64,000 bases of DNA from an uncultured Chloroflexia bacterium (GTDB lineage: Bacteria; Chloroflexota; Dehalococcoidia; SM23-28-2; RBG-16-64-32), in assembly GCA_963717065.1 (NCBI GenBank), contig CAVQVC010000001.1:199643-263642 (forward strand), written 5' to 3'. The position numbers and the translations under genes are program-made. The notes under the pieces were generated by a model. The model saw nothing but the letters and a program-made list of their open reading frames with translations. It had not been told where the DNA came from and ran no database searches. Below, in pieces: positions 50,542 through 60,149 of the stretch. The first letter of the stretch is position 1; each line of letters starts with the position of its first letter.

Positions 50542-51593
50542 AAAACCTCCCGTTCGAGCGTCTTACATACGAAATGCAGACACAACTTTACGACACGCAG
50601 ACCGAAGAGGCCGTTCAGCCCGCCTCCTTCGGGCGCCGGGCCGTCGCCTACGTACTCGACTGCGTCGTGGTGTTTCTGGTCTGGTTGGCCGTAGTATTCG
50701 CCGCCGCGATGATCTCCTGGCCGCTTGATCAGGGAACCCTGTTGGTCGACGCGATCTTCGTCGCGATGGGTTTCTGGCTGATCTTCGGCTTGTTCATCGC
50801 CTGGTTCGCCTACGAGTGGTTCTTCAACACCCGTGGAACAAGTGCTGGCAAGGCCCTGCTGGGGTTGACAGTGGTCAATCGGTCGGCACTCCCGCCGGGC
50901 TCAGCAGCCGGCTTCAAGCGCACGCTCGGCATGGTCGTGGGTGTCATCCCCCTTGGTCTCGGCTTCTGGTCCGCTTCGTGGGACCTCGAGGGCCGCGCCT
51001 GGCACGACAAGATGGCGGATACCGAAGTGGTCCGACGCACCCGTCAGATCGACCAACCTTGGACCATATCCGCACCGGGAGTACATCGAGTCCGCCGACC
51101 TGATATGCCCGCGGCCCGCTATCCGCTACAGCGGGGGAGCTTGCTCTGGGTTCCATTCGCCTTTATTGTCGGGATCGTTCTCGCGGCGATACAAGGTGGC
51201 TTCGATCCATTGCTCCTCTTGGTCGCGGCGGGCATGTTTCTTCCGCTGGGCATCCTCTTGGAGTTTGCCTGGCGGCGCAGAGGAAACGTGGTACTCCACG
51301 ATTCATACATGGAGGTGAGTCGATATGAATGGGGTCAGGAGGCCACTCCACCCAATGTCAAGATACGTTACGAGAACATCCTCGACGTTCAGCAAACAGG
51401 CCCGACGGAACTGGCCGTCTACCTCAGCTCAGTTGAAGGCCCGTACGAACTGACCGAACCCACCGCCACCGTCACCTTCCGCCCAAAGGACGCACAGGCG
51501 GTCCTCGAAGACATCCGCCGCCGCGTCGACGCCGCCAAGCAATCCACAGACGAATCTCGAAGCTCGACGATCGAGATGAGCACCACGAGCTAG
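50532..51593 (+). CDS. RDD-family membrane protein with C-terminal bacterial PH-like (YdbT-type) domain
   Basis: RRAVAYVLD...RGTSAGKALLGL RDD motifs. C-terminal TM hairpin and bPH-like region. Start uncertain (50574 is an alternative). Confidence 0.6.
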   Translation: MSSQNLPFERLTYEMQTQLYDTQTEEAVQPASFGRRAVAYVLDCVVVFLVWLAVVFAAAMISWPLDQGTLLVDAIFVAMGFWLIFGLFIAWFAYEWFFNTRGTSAGKALLGLTVVNRSALPPGSAAGFKRTLGMVVGVIPLGLGFWSASWDLEGRAWHDKMADTEVVRRTRQIDQPWTISAPGVHRVRRPDMPAARYPLQRGSLLWVPFAFIVGIVLAAIQGGFDPLLLLVAAGMFLPLGILLEFAWRRRGNVVLHDSYMEVSRYEWGQEATPPNVKIRYENILDVQQTGPTELAVYLSSVEGPYELTEPTATVTFRPKDAQAVLEDIRRRVDAAKQSTDESRSSTIEMSTTS

Positions 51594-52162
51594 ACGCTCC
51601 TCACTCCGTCGACCGCAAGCTCCACCGCCACCACAATCAACAGCGCTCCCGTCAGCATCGCCGCCGGCCGCGCCGGCCTGCCGTCCGCCAACAGGGGATA
51701 CACGCTGCTCAGTCCAAACAGCAGGGCGGCGACCGTCAGAACCAGCGCTTCCGCCCCTATCGTCACTCCCGTCCCGAAGCGCGTGCCGTACGATATCGCC
51801 GCTCCCAGCGCCGCCGGGCCTGCCAGCAACGGAAATGCCAGGGGCACGACCCAGGCTCCCCTCCGCTGCACATCGGCGTCGTCCGGTGATCCCAGCGATT
51901 CACCCCTCCACATCAGGTGCATAGCCTGCGGTAACATCAGAAGTGCGGCCGCCATCTGGAAGTTCTCGGGCGAGATGTCCAGCCAGTCCAAAAACCTATC
52001 CCCGCTCACCGCCGTGATTCCCAGTATCACCAGAGCCGCTGCGCACGCCGCGGCCGCCACCACCACGCGGCTCGCACGCGGGACGCGTCCGAACCCGATC
52101 AACGCCCCGGTTGGGGCGATGGCTGCGAACAGGCCCACCGCCGCGTGCCCGAAATCGCTCAC
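51590..52162 (-). CDS. MarC-family (UPF0056) integral membrane protein
   Basis: 190 aa, 6 TM, Gly/Ala-rich helices. Confidence 0.5.
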   Translation of the reverse strand: MSDFGHAAVGLFAAIAPTGALIGFGRVPRASRVVVAAAACAAALVILGITAVSGDRFLDWLDISPENFQMAAALLMLPQAMHLMWRGESLGSPDDADVQRRGAWVVPLAFPLLAGPAALGAAISYGTRFGTGVTIGAEALVLTVAALLFGLSSVYPLLADGRPARPAAMLTGALLIVVAVELAVDGVRSV

Positions 52163-53385
52163 CGGCTGGCCGTTGCCGGCTGCGCGTCAGGCGCCCTCTC
52201 GGTGCGCCCCTGCATCGCGTCCAGCGTATACAGTAGCCCCGAAAACGCGTGTTGCTGGTCGTCCATCCGCGTCTCATCATCGATCAGCCAGGCCCCCCGC
52301 GTGCGGTCCGGGTCCGGATAGCTCGCCGCATCGCTCTCGCCTACCTGTCGTTCCGTGAGGATCCCCGACGAGCAACGCAGCCTCTCCTCGATCTTCGGGC
52401 GAACGTCCGCCAGCCTCGGCTCGACCGACGCCAGCCGCCAGAGTGCCGCCAACCCTTCTACCCAGGTTCCGGTCCCCGACGCCCGCACCGCCCCTCCCCG
52501 CACCAGCGCCCCGTACCACCCACCCTGCCTCTGGGTCTCGATACGCACGAGGAATCCGAACCGCCCCGCCAGGTCCCGCGCATACTCCACCTGTTCGTCA
52601 CTCAACCCCAGGTCCGCCATCTCCGCCAGCCCGTACGCCGTCCACTGGTCGGCGGTCGGAGGAAAATCAATGTCCTCCACCTCGTCCCGCTGCGTCGTCA
52701 GGTATTCTGCGGCACGTTTCACCGGTCCCTCCCAGCCTTCGTTGGGGAATGCCTTCCGCAAGAGCGACAGCGCCCAGAACGCCTCGCCGGGATAGTACTT
52801 GGACGTCCCCTCGTACCGCGGAGCGCCCTCCGCCTCCAGCCACGACACGTAGAAGCCGCCGTCCGGTTTTTGGAGCCTGACCAGGAACCGTCCCAGCTCC
52901 CGCATCAGCTCGTCGTCCCGCGTGTCGCCGGTCGCGGCGCGTCGCTCCGTTAATCCCACGAGCATCAACGCGCTCCCCCCCAGACGTGCCTGACCGTCGT
53001 CGCTCTCCAGGGCCGCCCACCCATCCTGCCGCAGCAGCCGTTTCCGCATCCACTCCAGGCCACGGTCCGCCGAATTGAGAGCCTGCGGGTCGTCGAGCCG
53101 CCCCGCCGCCTGGTACAGCGCCATCGTCACTCCCGCGTGGCGGACGTCATTATATCCGCCGATCACCCTGTCCGAACCGGCGTCGTACAGGTAAAGATAG
53201 CTGCCGTCGGGCTTCTGGTTCCGCCACAACCACTCCTCCGCCCCCGCCGTCGCGGCCTGGACCGACGTGATCCGTTCGTCTCCGCAGGACTCCGGCGGCA
53301 CAACCGCCACCCGAATAAAGCCCGCGAATACAATCCAGAAAGCCACCGAGAGCAGCACCGGCCCCCGAAATGCGCTCTTGGTCAT
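52159..53385 (-). CDS. membrane-anchored alpha/alpha-toroid protein (prenyltransferase/terpene-cyclase-like repeat)
   Basis: N-terminal TM. Repeated W/Y/G-rich helical hairpins (DGSYLY, DGGFYVSW, QGGWYGAL). Confidence 0.4.
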   Translation of the reverse strand: MTKSAFRGPVLLSVAFWIVFAGFIRVAVVPPESCGDERITSVQAATAGAEEWLWRNQKPDGSYLYLYDAGSDRVIGGYNDVRHAGVTMALYQAAGRLDDPQALNSADRGLEWMRKRLLRQDGWAALESDDGQARLGGSALMLVGLTERRAATGDTRDDELMRELGRFLVRLQKPDGGFYVSWLEAEGAPRYEGTSKYYPGEAFWALSLLRKAFPNEGWEGPVKRAAEYLTTQRDEVEDIDFPPTADQWTAYGLAEMADLGLSDEQVEYARDLAGRFGFLVRIETQRQGGWYGALVRGGAVRASGTGTWVEGLAALWRLASVEPRLADVRPKIEERLRCSSGILTERQVGESDAASYPDPDRTRGAWLIDDETRMDDQQHAFSGLLYTLDAMQGRTERAPDAQPATASR

Positions 53386-53401
53386 CCGGGCACGCCTGTG
53401 A

Positions 53402-53821
53402 CTAGCTCGATGGCACCCGTTCTTCCAGCTCCGGAAGCAACACCACGCTCTCCTGCTCGTTCGGGTCGGTCCGCGCCAGCAACGCCTCCGCCTCCGAGGT
53501 TCCCGCGTTTACCGCCACGTGCGGAACCCCCGCTGGAATGAACACGAACTCCCCTTCACGCGCCCGCAGCGGCTCTGCCGTCAACCCATCGCCGTGGTAC
53601 ATCAGGATCTCCCCACGGAGCACATACGCTCCCGTCTCGTGAGCCTCGTGCAGGTGCGCCTTCGTCCGGCCCCCGACCGGGATCACCACCGACCCGAACC
53701 ACAGGCCACGCGCCCCAGTGCTCTCCGCGCTCACACCCGGCGCGTAGTCCGGCCCCTGCTTTCCCGCATAAGCCTCCCCCGCCCGCATCACCACACACCG
53801 GTCCGGATATCGCTGCGCCAT
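53402..53821 (-). CDS. cupin domain protein
   Basis: HLHEAHETGAYVLRGE...FIPAGVPHVAVN. Start MAQRYPDR (the longer ORF extends to 54004). Confidence 0.6.
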   Translation of the reverse strand: MAQRYPDRCVVMRAGEAYAGKQGPDYAPGVSAESTGARGLWFGSVVIPVGGRTKAHLHEAHETGAYVLRGEILMYHGDGLTAEPLRAREGEFVFIPAGVPHVAVNAGTSEAEALLARTDPNEQESVVLLPELEERVPSS

Positions 53822-53889
53822 ACTCCTACCTCTTACCTGTGTGCCTTCAGTGGACCTCGAATTCGCGTCCCATCCGCGTGAATCCGCGG

Positions 53890-54730
53890 CTACGAGAACT
53901 TCGCCGGCCGCTTCTCCTGGAACGCCTTGATCCCCTCCCGCGCGTCCGCGTGGTGGTCGCTTATCGCCGTCTTCGCCGCGATGTCGTCCAGCGCCTGCTC
54001 CCACGTCTGCGACGCCGCGTTATACACGCTCCGCTTCAAAAGACGCATCGCCACCTGTGGCCCCGCTGCCATCTCGTGTGCCAGCTCCAGCGCCCGCGGA
54101 ATCAGCTTCTCCGGCGACACGACCTCGTCCACCAGCCCCAACTCCAGCGCCTCCTCCGCTCCGACGATCTTCGCCTTCATCAGGAAGTCCAGCGTCTTCG
54201 GCACACCTATCAGCTGCACGAGCAGCCACTGGCCCCCCTCGTCCGGCATCAGCGCGAACCGCATCGTCCCGCTCCCCATCCGGGCCTCCGTCGAAGCGAT
54301 CCGGAAGTCGCACGACAGCGCCAGTGACAGCCCTGTCTGCACCGCCACGCCGTTTACCGCCGCGATCGTAATCTTGTCCAGGTTTCGCACGGCGCTGTTC
54401 AGCGTCTGCGACAGCACCCGCAGCCCCTCGTACGTCCCGATCGGGTTCTGGTGGCCCCGTCCCGATGTCCGGCATGATCGCCGTCGCCCCGCCCGGAGGC
54501 GGACGCCCCGTGATGTCGTCCCCGGCCGAGAACGCGCGACCCGAACCCGTCATCACCACCACCCGCACCGCGTCGTCCATCTGCGCCTCTGTCAATATCT
54601 CGATCAAGTCCCGCTTGAACCCCTGCGTCATCCCGTTCAACCGCTCCGGCTGGTTGAACGTCACCACCGCCGCCCCTTTATCGTCCAGCGCTATCTCAAA
54701 CCCCCTAAACGTCCCCTGCTGCATCGCCAT
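53890..54730 (-). pseudogene. enoyl-CoA hydratase/isomerase family (crotonase), one frameshift near 54440
   Basis: N-terminal FNQPERLNGMT...GSGRAFSAGDDI. C-terminal IAAVNGVAVQTGLSLALSCDFRIAS...GIKAFQEKRPAKF. Shift at a GGGG run. Start with a GGAGG RBS. Confidence 0.75.
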
Positions 54731-54745
54731 ACCTCCACTACGACT

Positions 54746-54876
54746 GTCACCCTGAGGAACGGGTATGGTCGAGAACCGAAGTTTACCGCGACGCTCGGGA
54801 CTTAGTCTGCGAGTGGCCGCGAGATCGACTGAGCACGCCAAAACACGGCGCCAGAATCCTCGTTCCTCAGAATGAC
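54746..54876. mobile_element. complete MITE-like element, 131 bp, with 16-bp terminal inverted repeats GTCACCCTGAGGAACG / CGTTCCTCAGAATGAC
   Basis: TIRs match 14 of 16. Internal sequence homologous (reverse orientation) to the intragenic copies. Lies between the crotonase start (54730) and the next crotonase stop (54906). Confidence 0.7.
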
Positions 54877-54905
54877 CGGCGACACTCAGCACTAACCGCA
54901 GGCTC

Positions 54906-55751
54906 CTACTCCCCCCGAAACACCGGTGCACGCTTCTCCACGAACGCCTTCGCCGCCTCCCGGTGGTCCATCGTCCCGCCCGAGAGCCGCATGTTCAGCG
55001 CCTCCTGGTCCAGGTGCGGCCCCAGGTCCTGGCTCCACGTCCGGTTCAGGTTCTCCTTCATCCGTGCGTAGGCCAGCGTCGGCCCGCTCGCCAGGTTCGA
55101 GGCCAGCGCCATCGTCTCCTTCTCGAGTTCATCGTGCGGCACCACCCGCGAGACCATCCCGATCCGCTTCGCCTCCGCCGCCTCCATGATCTCGCCCGTG
55201 AAGTACAGCTCGCGAGCCTTCTCCATCCCCACCAGCCTGGGCAGGAACCAGCTCCCGCCGAAGTCGCCGCTGAACCCCACGTTCCGGAACACCGTCCCCA
55301 TCTTCGCGCTCGGTCGCTCGCGATACGCAGGTCGCAGGCCAGCGCCAGCGACAGCCCCGCCCCCACCGCGTGCCCGTTCACCATCGCGATCGTCGGCTTC
55401 GGCATCGTGTGCAGCATGTAGCTCGTCGCCCGCTGCCCCTCGCGCAGCTCGTTCACCCCCGTCGCCAGGTACCACGCGTCCGACTTCGCGCTATTCCGCT
55501 GCACCCGTGCGCCGTGTCGTAGGCCTGCTGCCCGCCCTCGCCGCCATCCCCTTCACGTCCCCGCCCGCGCAGAACGCCCGCCCCGCCCCCGTCAGCACCA
55601 CGCATCGTATCGACGTATCCGCCGAGCACTCCGCCAGGTACTTCCCCAGCAGCGGCATCAAATCCCCGCCCATCGCGTTCAGGCTCTCCGGCCGGTTCAG
55701 CGTGATCCACCCGATCCCGCCCTCACGCACCTCAAACTCCGTGTCAGCCAT
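54906..55751 (-). pseudogene. enoyl-CoA hydratase/isomerase family (crotonase), 2 frameshifts
   Basis: Pieces ITLNRPESLNAM...GAGRAFCAGGD, IAMVNGHAVGAGLSLALACDLRIAS and a C-terminal ...EAAKAFVEKRAPVF in three frames. Confidence 0.75.
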
Positions 55752-55849
55752 GTGGCACCTCCTTCGTGGTCGTTGCGGGGTGCAGTATATACCGTCAACT
55801 GATGGACTTCGACGGTGACAATCCTCAGAATTGCGCCTATCCTTTCCCC

Positions 55850-57049
55850 ATGCCACCCGCTGCCCTCATCCCCGACGCCGTCGACGCAGTCGCTGACGCC
55901 CTCAACTTCGCCTTCTCCATGTTCTGGGAGGTCCTCTGGGCCCTCATCCTCGGCTTCGCCCTCTCTGCCGTCGTCCAGGCCGTCGTCTCCAAGTCCCAGA
56001 TGACCCGCCTCCTTCCCGACGACTCCCCGCGCTCCCTCGCCACCGCCGCCGGGCTCGGCGCCGCCTCCTCCTCGTGCTCCTACGCCGCCGTCGCCCTCGC
56101 CCGCTCCCTCTTCCGCAAGGGCGCCGACTTCACCGCCGCAATGGCCTTCGAGTTCGCCTCCACCAACCTCGTCATCGAGCTCGGCATCCTCCTCGCCGTC
56201 CTCATCGGCTGGCAGTTCACTGCGGCCGAGTTCGTCGGCGGACCCCTGATGATCATCTTCCTCGCCCTCCTCTTCAGGCGCTTCCTCAAGCCCGACATGG
56301 TCGAGGAGGCCCGTGAGCAGGCCGAGAAGGGCCTCGTTGGCTCCATGGAGGGCCACGCCGAGATGGACATGTCGCTCCACGAAGGCACCCTGTTCCAGAA
56401 GCTCACCTCCCCCCGGGGCTTCACCGCCGTCAGCCACTTCTTCGTCATGGACTGGGCCGCCATCTGGAAGGACATCACCGGCGGCCTCCTCATCGCTGGC
56501 GCCCTCGCCGCCTGGGTCCCCGAGAGCTTCTGGCAGAGCTTTTTCCTCACCTCGCACCCTGCCCTGGCCACCGATCTGGGGCCCCATCATCGGCCCACTC
56601 GTCGCCGTCATCTCCTTCGTCTGCTCGATCGGCAACGTTCCCCTGGCAGCGGTGCTCTGGAACGGCGGCATCAGCTTCGGCGGCGTCATCGCCTTCATCT
56701 TCGCCGACCTCATCGTCCTCCCCATCCTCAACATCTACCGCAAGTACTACGGCCTGCGCATGACCGCCTTCCTCTTCGTCACCTTCTACGTCACCATGGT
56801 CGCCGCCGGGCTGACCGTCGACCTCCTCTTCGACGCCCTCGGCCTCATCCCCACCGAGCGCGACGCCAAGGTCGTCGAGGCCAGCGTCACCTGAACTACA
56901 CCACCGTCCTCAACATCGTCTTCCTCGCCCTCGCCGCCGTCCTCGTTCTACGCTTCCTCCGCACCGGCGGCATGGACATGCTCCGTTCGATGAACACGCC
57001 GCCCGCCCCCTCCGCGCCGATGAAGCACGCCCACCACCACGCTGAGTAG
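55850..57049 (+). pseudogene. two-Cys-motif permease (PF03773/ArsP-like predicted permease family), 2 frameshifts
   Basis: SSSCSYAAVALA and FVCSIGNVPLAAVLWNGG motifs in the two halves. Frame changes at GGGGCCCC (about 56575) and near 56890. His-rich tail MKHAHHHAE. Confidence 0.6.
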
Positions 57050-57286
57050 CCTCTTCCCAGACCGCCGCGCACATCTTTGTCGTGTCCTCCCCCCGCCCGC
57101 GCACGGGAGAGGGTTGGGGTGAGGGCCCCAGTGCCACTTGCCCCTTAGAGATCTCGCCCAAATCCCCTACCCTGTAACACAGACGGCCCGCGCCCCACCT
57201 CACACACTCCACAACTACCCCTGTTCTTCTCCACCACCGCCGGGGCGCGGGCCGCGCCAAATCTGTTATCTGTCAACCAACATCTA

Positions 57287-58948
57287 TCAACCCCGGGGAG
57301 GTGGCGAGGTGGCAAAGAAATCCGCGTCCGATCCACGCAAATCCGCGGCTCGGAAGCGACCCGCGGCCCGGGGCGCTCCCAAGGGCAACATGAACGCCCT
57401 CAAGCACGGCCGCAACTCCCGCCAGCTCGCCGAGCTCGGCGGCCTCATCGCCGCCGACCCCACCATCCGCCTCGCCGTCCTCGACATGGGACAGAAGCTC
57501 GGGCCGCCAAAGCAGCGCGCAGAGGACACCACCGCCCTCCTCCTGATGACTTTCCTCGCCCGCGCCCGCCAGCTCTCCGCCGGCAATTTGAACTCCAACC
57601 TCACTCGTGATGAATTGAATTCAATTCTCGAAGGAGCCGCCCGAGCCGACCCCTCCAGGTTCAGCCGCCACGGAAAAAGCCCCAAACCCTCGAAAAACAA
57701 TTCGAAACCAGATACAACCCCGAGAAAACAATGATGGGGAGTGAGAATCAGGTTCAAAATCACGCCCTCAATCACCCAGCTGGCCGCAATTGTTTTCAGA
57801 TTTGGGCCGGCATCGCTGCTCGCGGTCGGCTCACGTCCCGGCTCGAGCTCACCCACATCTTCCTCGGGCGTCTCGTCCGCCCACAACCCCATCTGCCCTC
57901 CCGGCAGGGGCTCCGCCAGGTTCGTGCAGTGCACTCCGATCAACCGAAACATGTCCCCGTCCTGCGCCGCGGCGTCCAGCAGCGCTTCCGCCCGTGCCAC
58001 GATCTCGTCCGCGTCCGCCGTCGCCTCTGGCGCGCTGTTCTGCCGCGTGATCGTGTGAAAGTTCGCGTATCGCAGTTTCAGTACCACCGTCCGGCAGCTC
58101 CCTCCCGACTTCGACAGCCTTCGCGCCGCATCCAGCGCCACGCGGCGCAGCTCCGCCCGCAGCTCCGGACCGTCGGGAAGGTCGCGCGGAAACGTCGTCT
58201 CCGCACCCACGGACTTTCGCTCGTGCTCCGTCTCGAGGGGCCTGTCATCCTGACCGCGCGCCATCTCCAGCAGGAATGGCCCCCGCGAACCCATCAAGGC
58301 GACAAGCTGCGACTCCTCCGCCTGCGCCAGTTGCCCGATGGTCTCGAAACCCGCACTCCGCAACGTCTCCTCTGCCCGCGGTCCCACGCCCCACATCGCT
58401 CGCACCGGAAGCGGCGCCAGGAAAGCCGCCTCGCCTCCCTCCGGCACCACCACCAGCCCGTCAGGCTTCTGCATGTCCGAGGCGATCTTTGCCACGGTCT
58501 TGTTCGTCGCTGCCCCGATCGACACGGTCAGATGCGTCTTCGCCTTCACGTCCGCCTTCAGCCGCCGTGCAATGTCCTTTACGCCTTGGTAGCGGCTGAC
58601 TCGCGCCGTCACGTCGAGGAACGCCTCGTCCAGCGACAACGGCTCCACCAGCGGCGTCAGCTCGCGGAACACGGCCATCACCTGCCGCGACACCTGCCCG
58701 TAGCGGTCGAACCGTGGCGAGATCCTGATCGCCTGCGGACACAAGCGCAGCGCCCGGCTCATGGGCATCGCCGAGCGTACCCCGAACGGCCGCGCCTCGT
58801 ACGAAGCGGTGGTGACGACCGCACGAGCCTCCGGTGGCCCGCCGACTACAACGGGCTTCCCCCGCAGTTCCGGGTTGTCGAGCTGCTCCACCGACGCATA
58901 GAACGCGTCCAAATCAGCATGAAGTATCCAGCGGGTCACGACAGACAT
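57287..58948 (-). CDS. dinB: DNA polymerase IV (Y-family); the real protein probably ends near 57850, so the 3' ORF extension is doubtful
   Basis: N-terminal ILHADLDAFYASVEQL. Palm, thumb and little-finger segments through ...GDMFRLIGVHCTNLAEPLPGGQMGLW (about 360 aa). After that point the ORF runs through a low-GC spacer with no DinB-like sequence. Confidence 0.75.
   Translation of the reverse strand: MSVVTRWILHADLDAFYASVEQLDNPELRGKPVVVGGPPEARAVVTTASYEARPFGVRSAMPMSRALRLCPQAIRISPRFDRYGQVSRQVMAVFRELTPLVEPLSLDEAFLDVTARVSRYQGVKDIARRLKADVKAKTHLTVSIGAATNKTVAKIASDMQKPDGLVVVPEGGEAAFLAPLPVRAMWGVGPRAEETLRSAGFETIGQLAQAEESQLVALMGSRGPFLLEMARGQDDRPLETEHERKSVGAETTFPRDLPDGPELRAELRRVALDAARRLSKSGGSCRTVVLKLRYANFHTITRQNSAPEATADADEIVARAEALLDAAAQDGDMFRLIGVHCTNLAEPLPGGQMGLWADETPEEDVGELEPGREPTASSDAGPNLKTIAASWVIEGVILNLILTPHHCFLGVVSGFELFFEGLGLFPWRLNLEGSARAAPSRIEFNSSRVRLEFKLPAESWRARARKVIRRRAVVSSARCFGGPSFCPMSRTARRMVGSAAMRPPSSASWRELRPCLRAFMLPLGAPRAAGRFRAADLRGSDADFFATSPPPRG
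57309..57734 (+). CDS. small basic protein with KGNxNAxKHG motif (motif recurrent in actinobacterial phage small-terminase/HTH-like proteins)
   Basis: GTG start with a GGGGAGG RBS. K/R-rich N-terminus. PKGNMNALKHGRNS. Convergent with, and overlapping, the junk-like 3' extension of the dinB ORF. Confidence 0.4.
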   Translation: MAKKSASDPRKSAARKRPAARGAPKGNMNALKHGRNSRQLAELGGLIAADPTIRLAVLDMGQKLGPPKQRAEDTTALLLMTFLARARQLSAGNLNSNLTRDELNSILEGAARADPSRFSRHGKSPKPSKNNSKPDTTPRKQ

Positions 58949-59014
58949 GATAGAGCCGCAGCTGGCTACTGATAACTGATAACTGACACGGCCCGATGCT
59001 AGACTGGGAAGACG

Positions 59015-60070
59015 ATGGTTGAGGAGATCAGGGCTCCCAGGTCGCGCCGCCGCTACCGGACCGGTGACGACTCCCTCGACGCAAGAATCGCCGAATTGGT
59101 GGCCGAAAGCGGTCTCACCGCCGACGCCGACCTCCTCACAGAGATGATCACCTCCTGCTTCCGCCTCGCGAAGCGTCGGACCGACCGCGGCGAGATGAAG
59201 CTCGTCAACGCCGCTCTCAAGGAGTTCGTCTACTCCTTCGGCGTCTTCAAGCAGTACCGGGGCTATCGGAAGGTGAGCATCTTCGGTTCCGCCCGTTCCA
59301 CCCAGGACGACTCAAACTACGAGCACACGAAGCAATTCGCGACAGCGATGACGGAGAAGGGTTGGATGGTGATCACGGGCGCTGGGCCTGGCATTATGGC
59401 CGCCGGACACGAGGGCGCCGGCGCGGAACGCAGCTTCGGCGCCGCCATCCGCCTGCCCATGGAAGGCGAAGCCAACGAGTTCATCGAGGGCAACCCCAAG
59501 CTAATCAACTTCAAGTACTTCTTCACACGCAAAGTGACGTTCCTGAAAGAGTCGGATGCGTTCGTCCTGCTTCCCGGCGGCTTCGGCACGCTGGACGAGG
59601 CGTTCGAGCTGCTGACGCTTATGCAGACCGGCAAGAGCGACATCCACCCGATCGTCCTCCTCGAGGCTCCCGGCGGCACCTACTGGAGCGACTGGCTACG
59701 CTTCGTCGACGACAACCTGCACGCCCGCGGTCTCATCTCGGCCACCGACATGCACCTGATCCATTACACGCAGGACATCGATGATGCGGTTGGGGAGATC
59801 ACCCGCTTCTACAACAACTATCAGTCCCAGCGCTACGTCAGCGGAACGCTCGTCTTGCGCGTGCTCCGTCTCCCCCCGCCCGAAGCGCTCAAGGAGCTCG
59901 CCACGGCCTTCGGCGACATCCTTCGTACTCCCGAGATCAGCCCCGTCGACCCCTCACCGCAGGAAATCGCCGACGAAGACGCCCTCGAGCACTCCCGCCT
60001 GGCACTCAACTTTCGCCAGAACGACTTCGGCCGCCTTCGTCAGCTCATAGACGAGCTGAATAAGTACTAG
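59015..60070 (+). CDS. LOG family protein (TIGR00730 Rossmann fold; PpnN/YgdH-like nucleotide 5'-monophosphate nucleosidase)
   Basis: VSIFGSARS...GWMVITGAGPGIM...LPGGFGTLDEAFELLTLMQTGK. 351 aa. Confidence 0.8.
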   Translation: MVEEIRAPRSRRRYRTGDDSLDARIAELVAESGLTADADLLTEMITSCFRLAKRRTDRGEMKLVNAALKEFVYSFGVFKQYRGYRKVSIFGSARSTQDDSNYEHTKQFATAMTEKGWMVITGAGPGIMAAGHEGAGAERSFGAAIRLPMEGEANEFIEGNPKLINFKYFFTRKVTFLKESDAFVLLPGGFGTLDEAFELLTLMQTGKSDIHPIVLLEAPGGTYWSDWLRFVDDNLHARGLISATDMHLIHYTQDIDDAVGEITRFYNNYQSQRYVSGTLVLRVLRLPPPEALKELATAFGDILRTPEISPVDPSPQEIADEDALEHSRLALNFRQNDFGRLRQLIDELNKY

Positions 60071-60149
60071 CCTGCTCTACCTGCTGGCCCCTCGAAACGC
60101 TCCGCATCGGACAGAGAGTGGCCTGATTCTCACCTCTTACGCGCTGCCG

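Noticed and set aside
55766-55849. N-terminal extension MVVAGCSIYRQLMDFDGDNPQNCAYPFP of the permease ORF
   Set aside because: No RBS and atypical composition. The start at MPPAALIPD (55850) fits the TM-domain beginning better.
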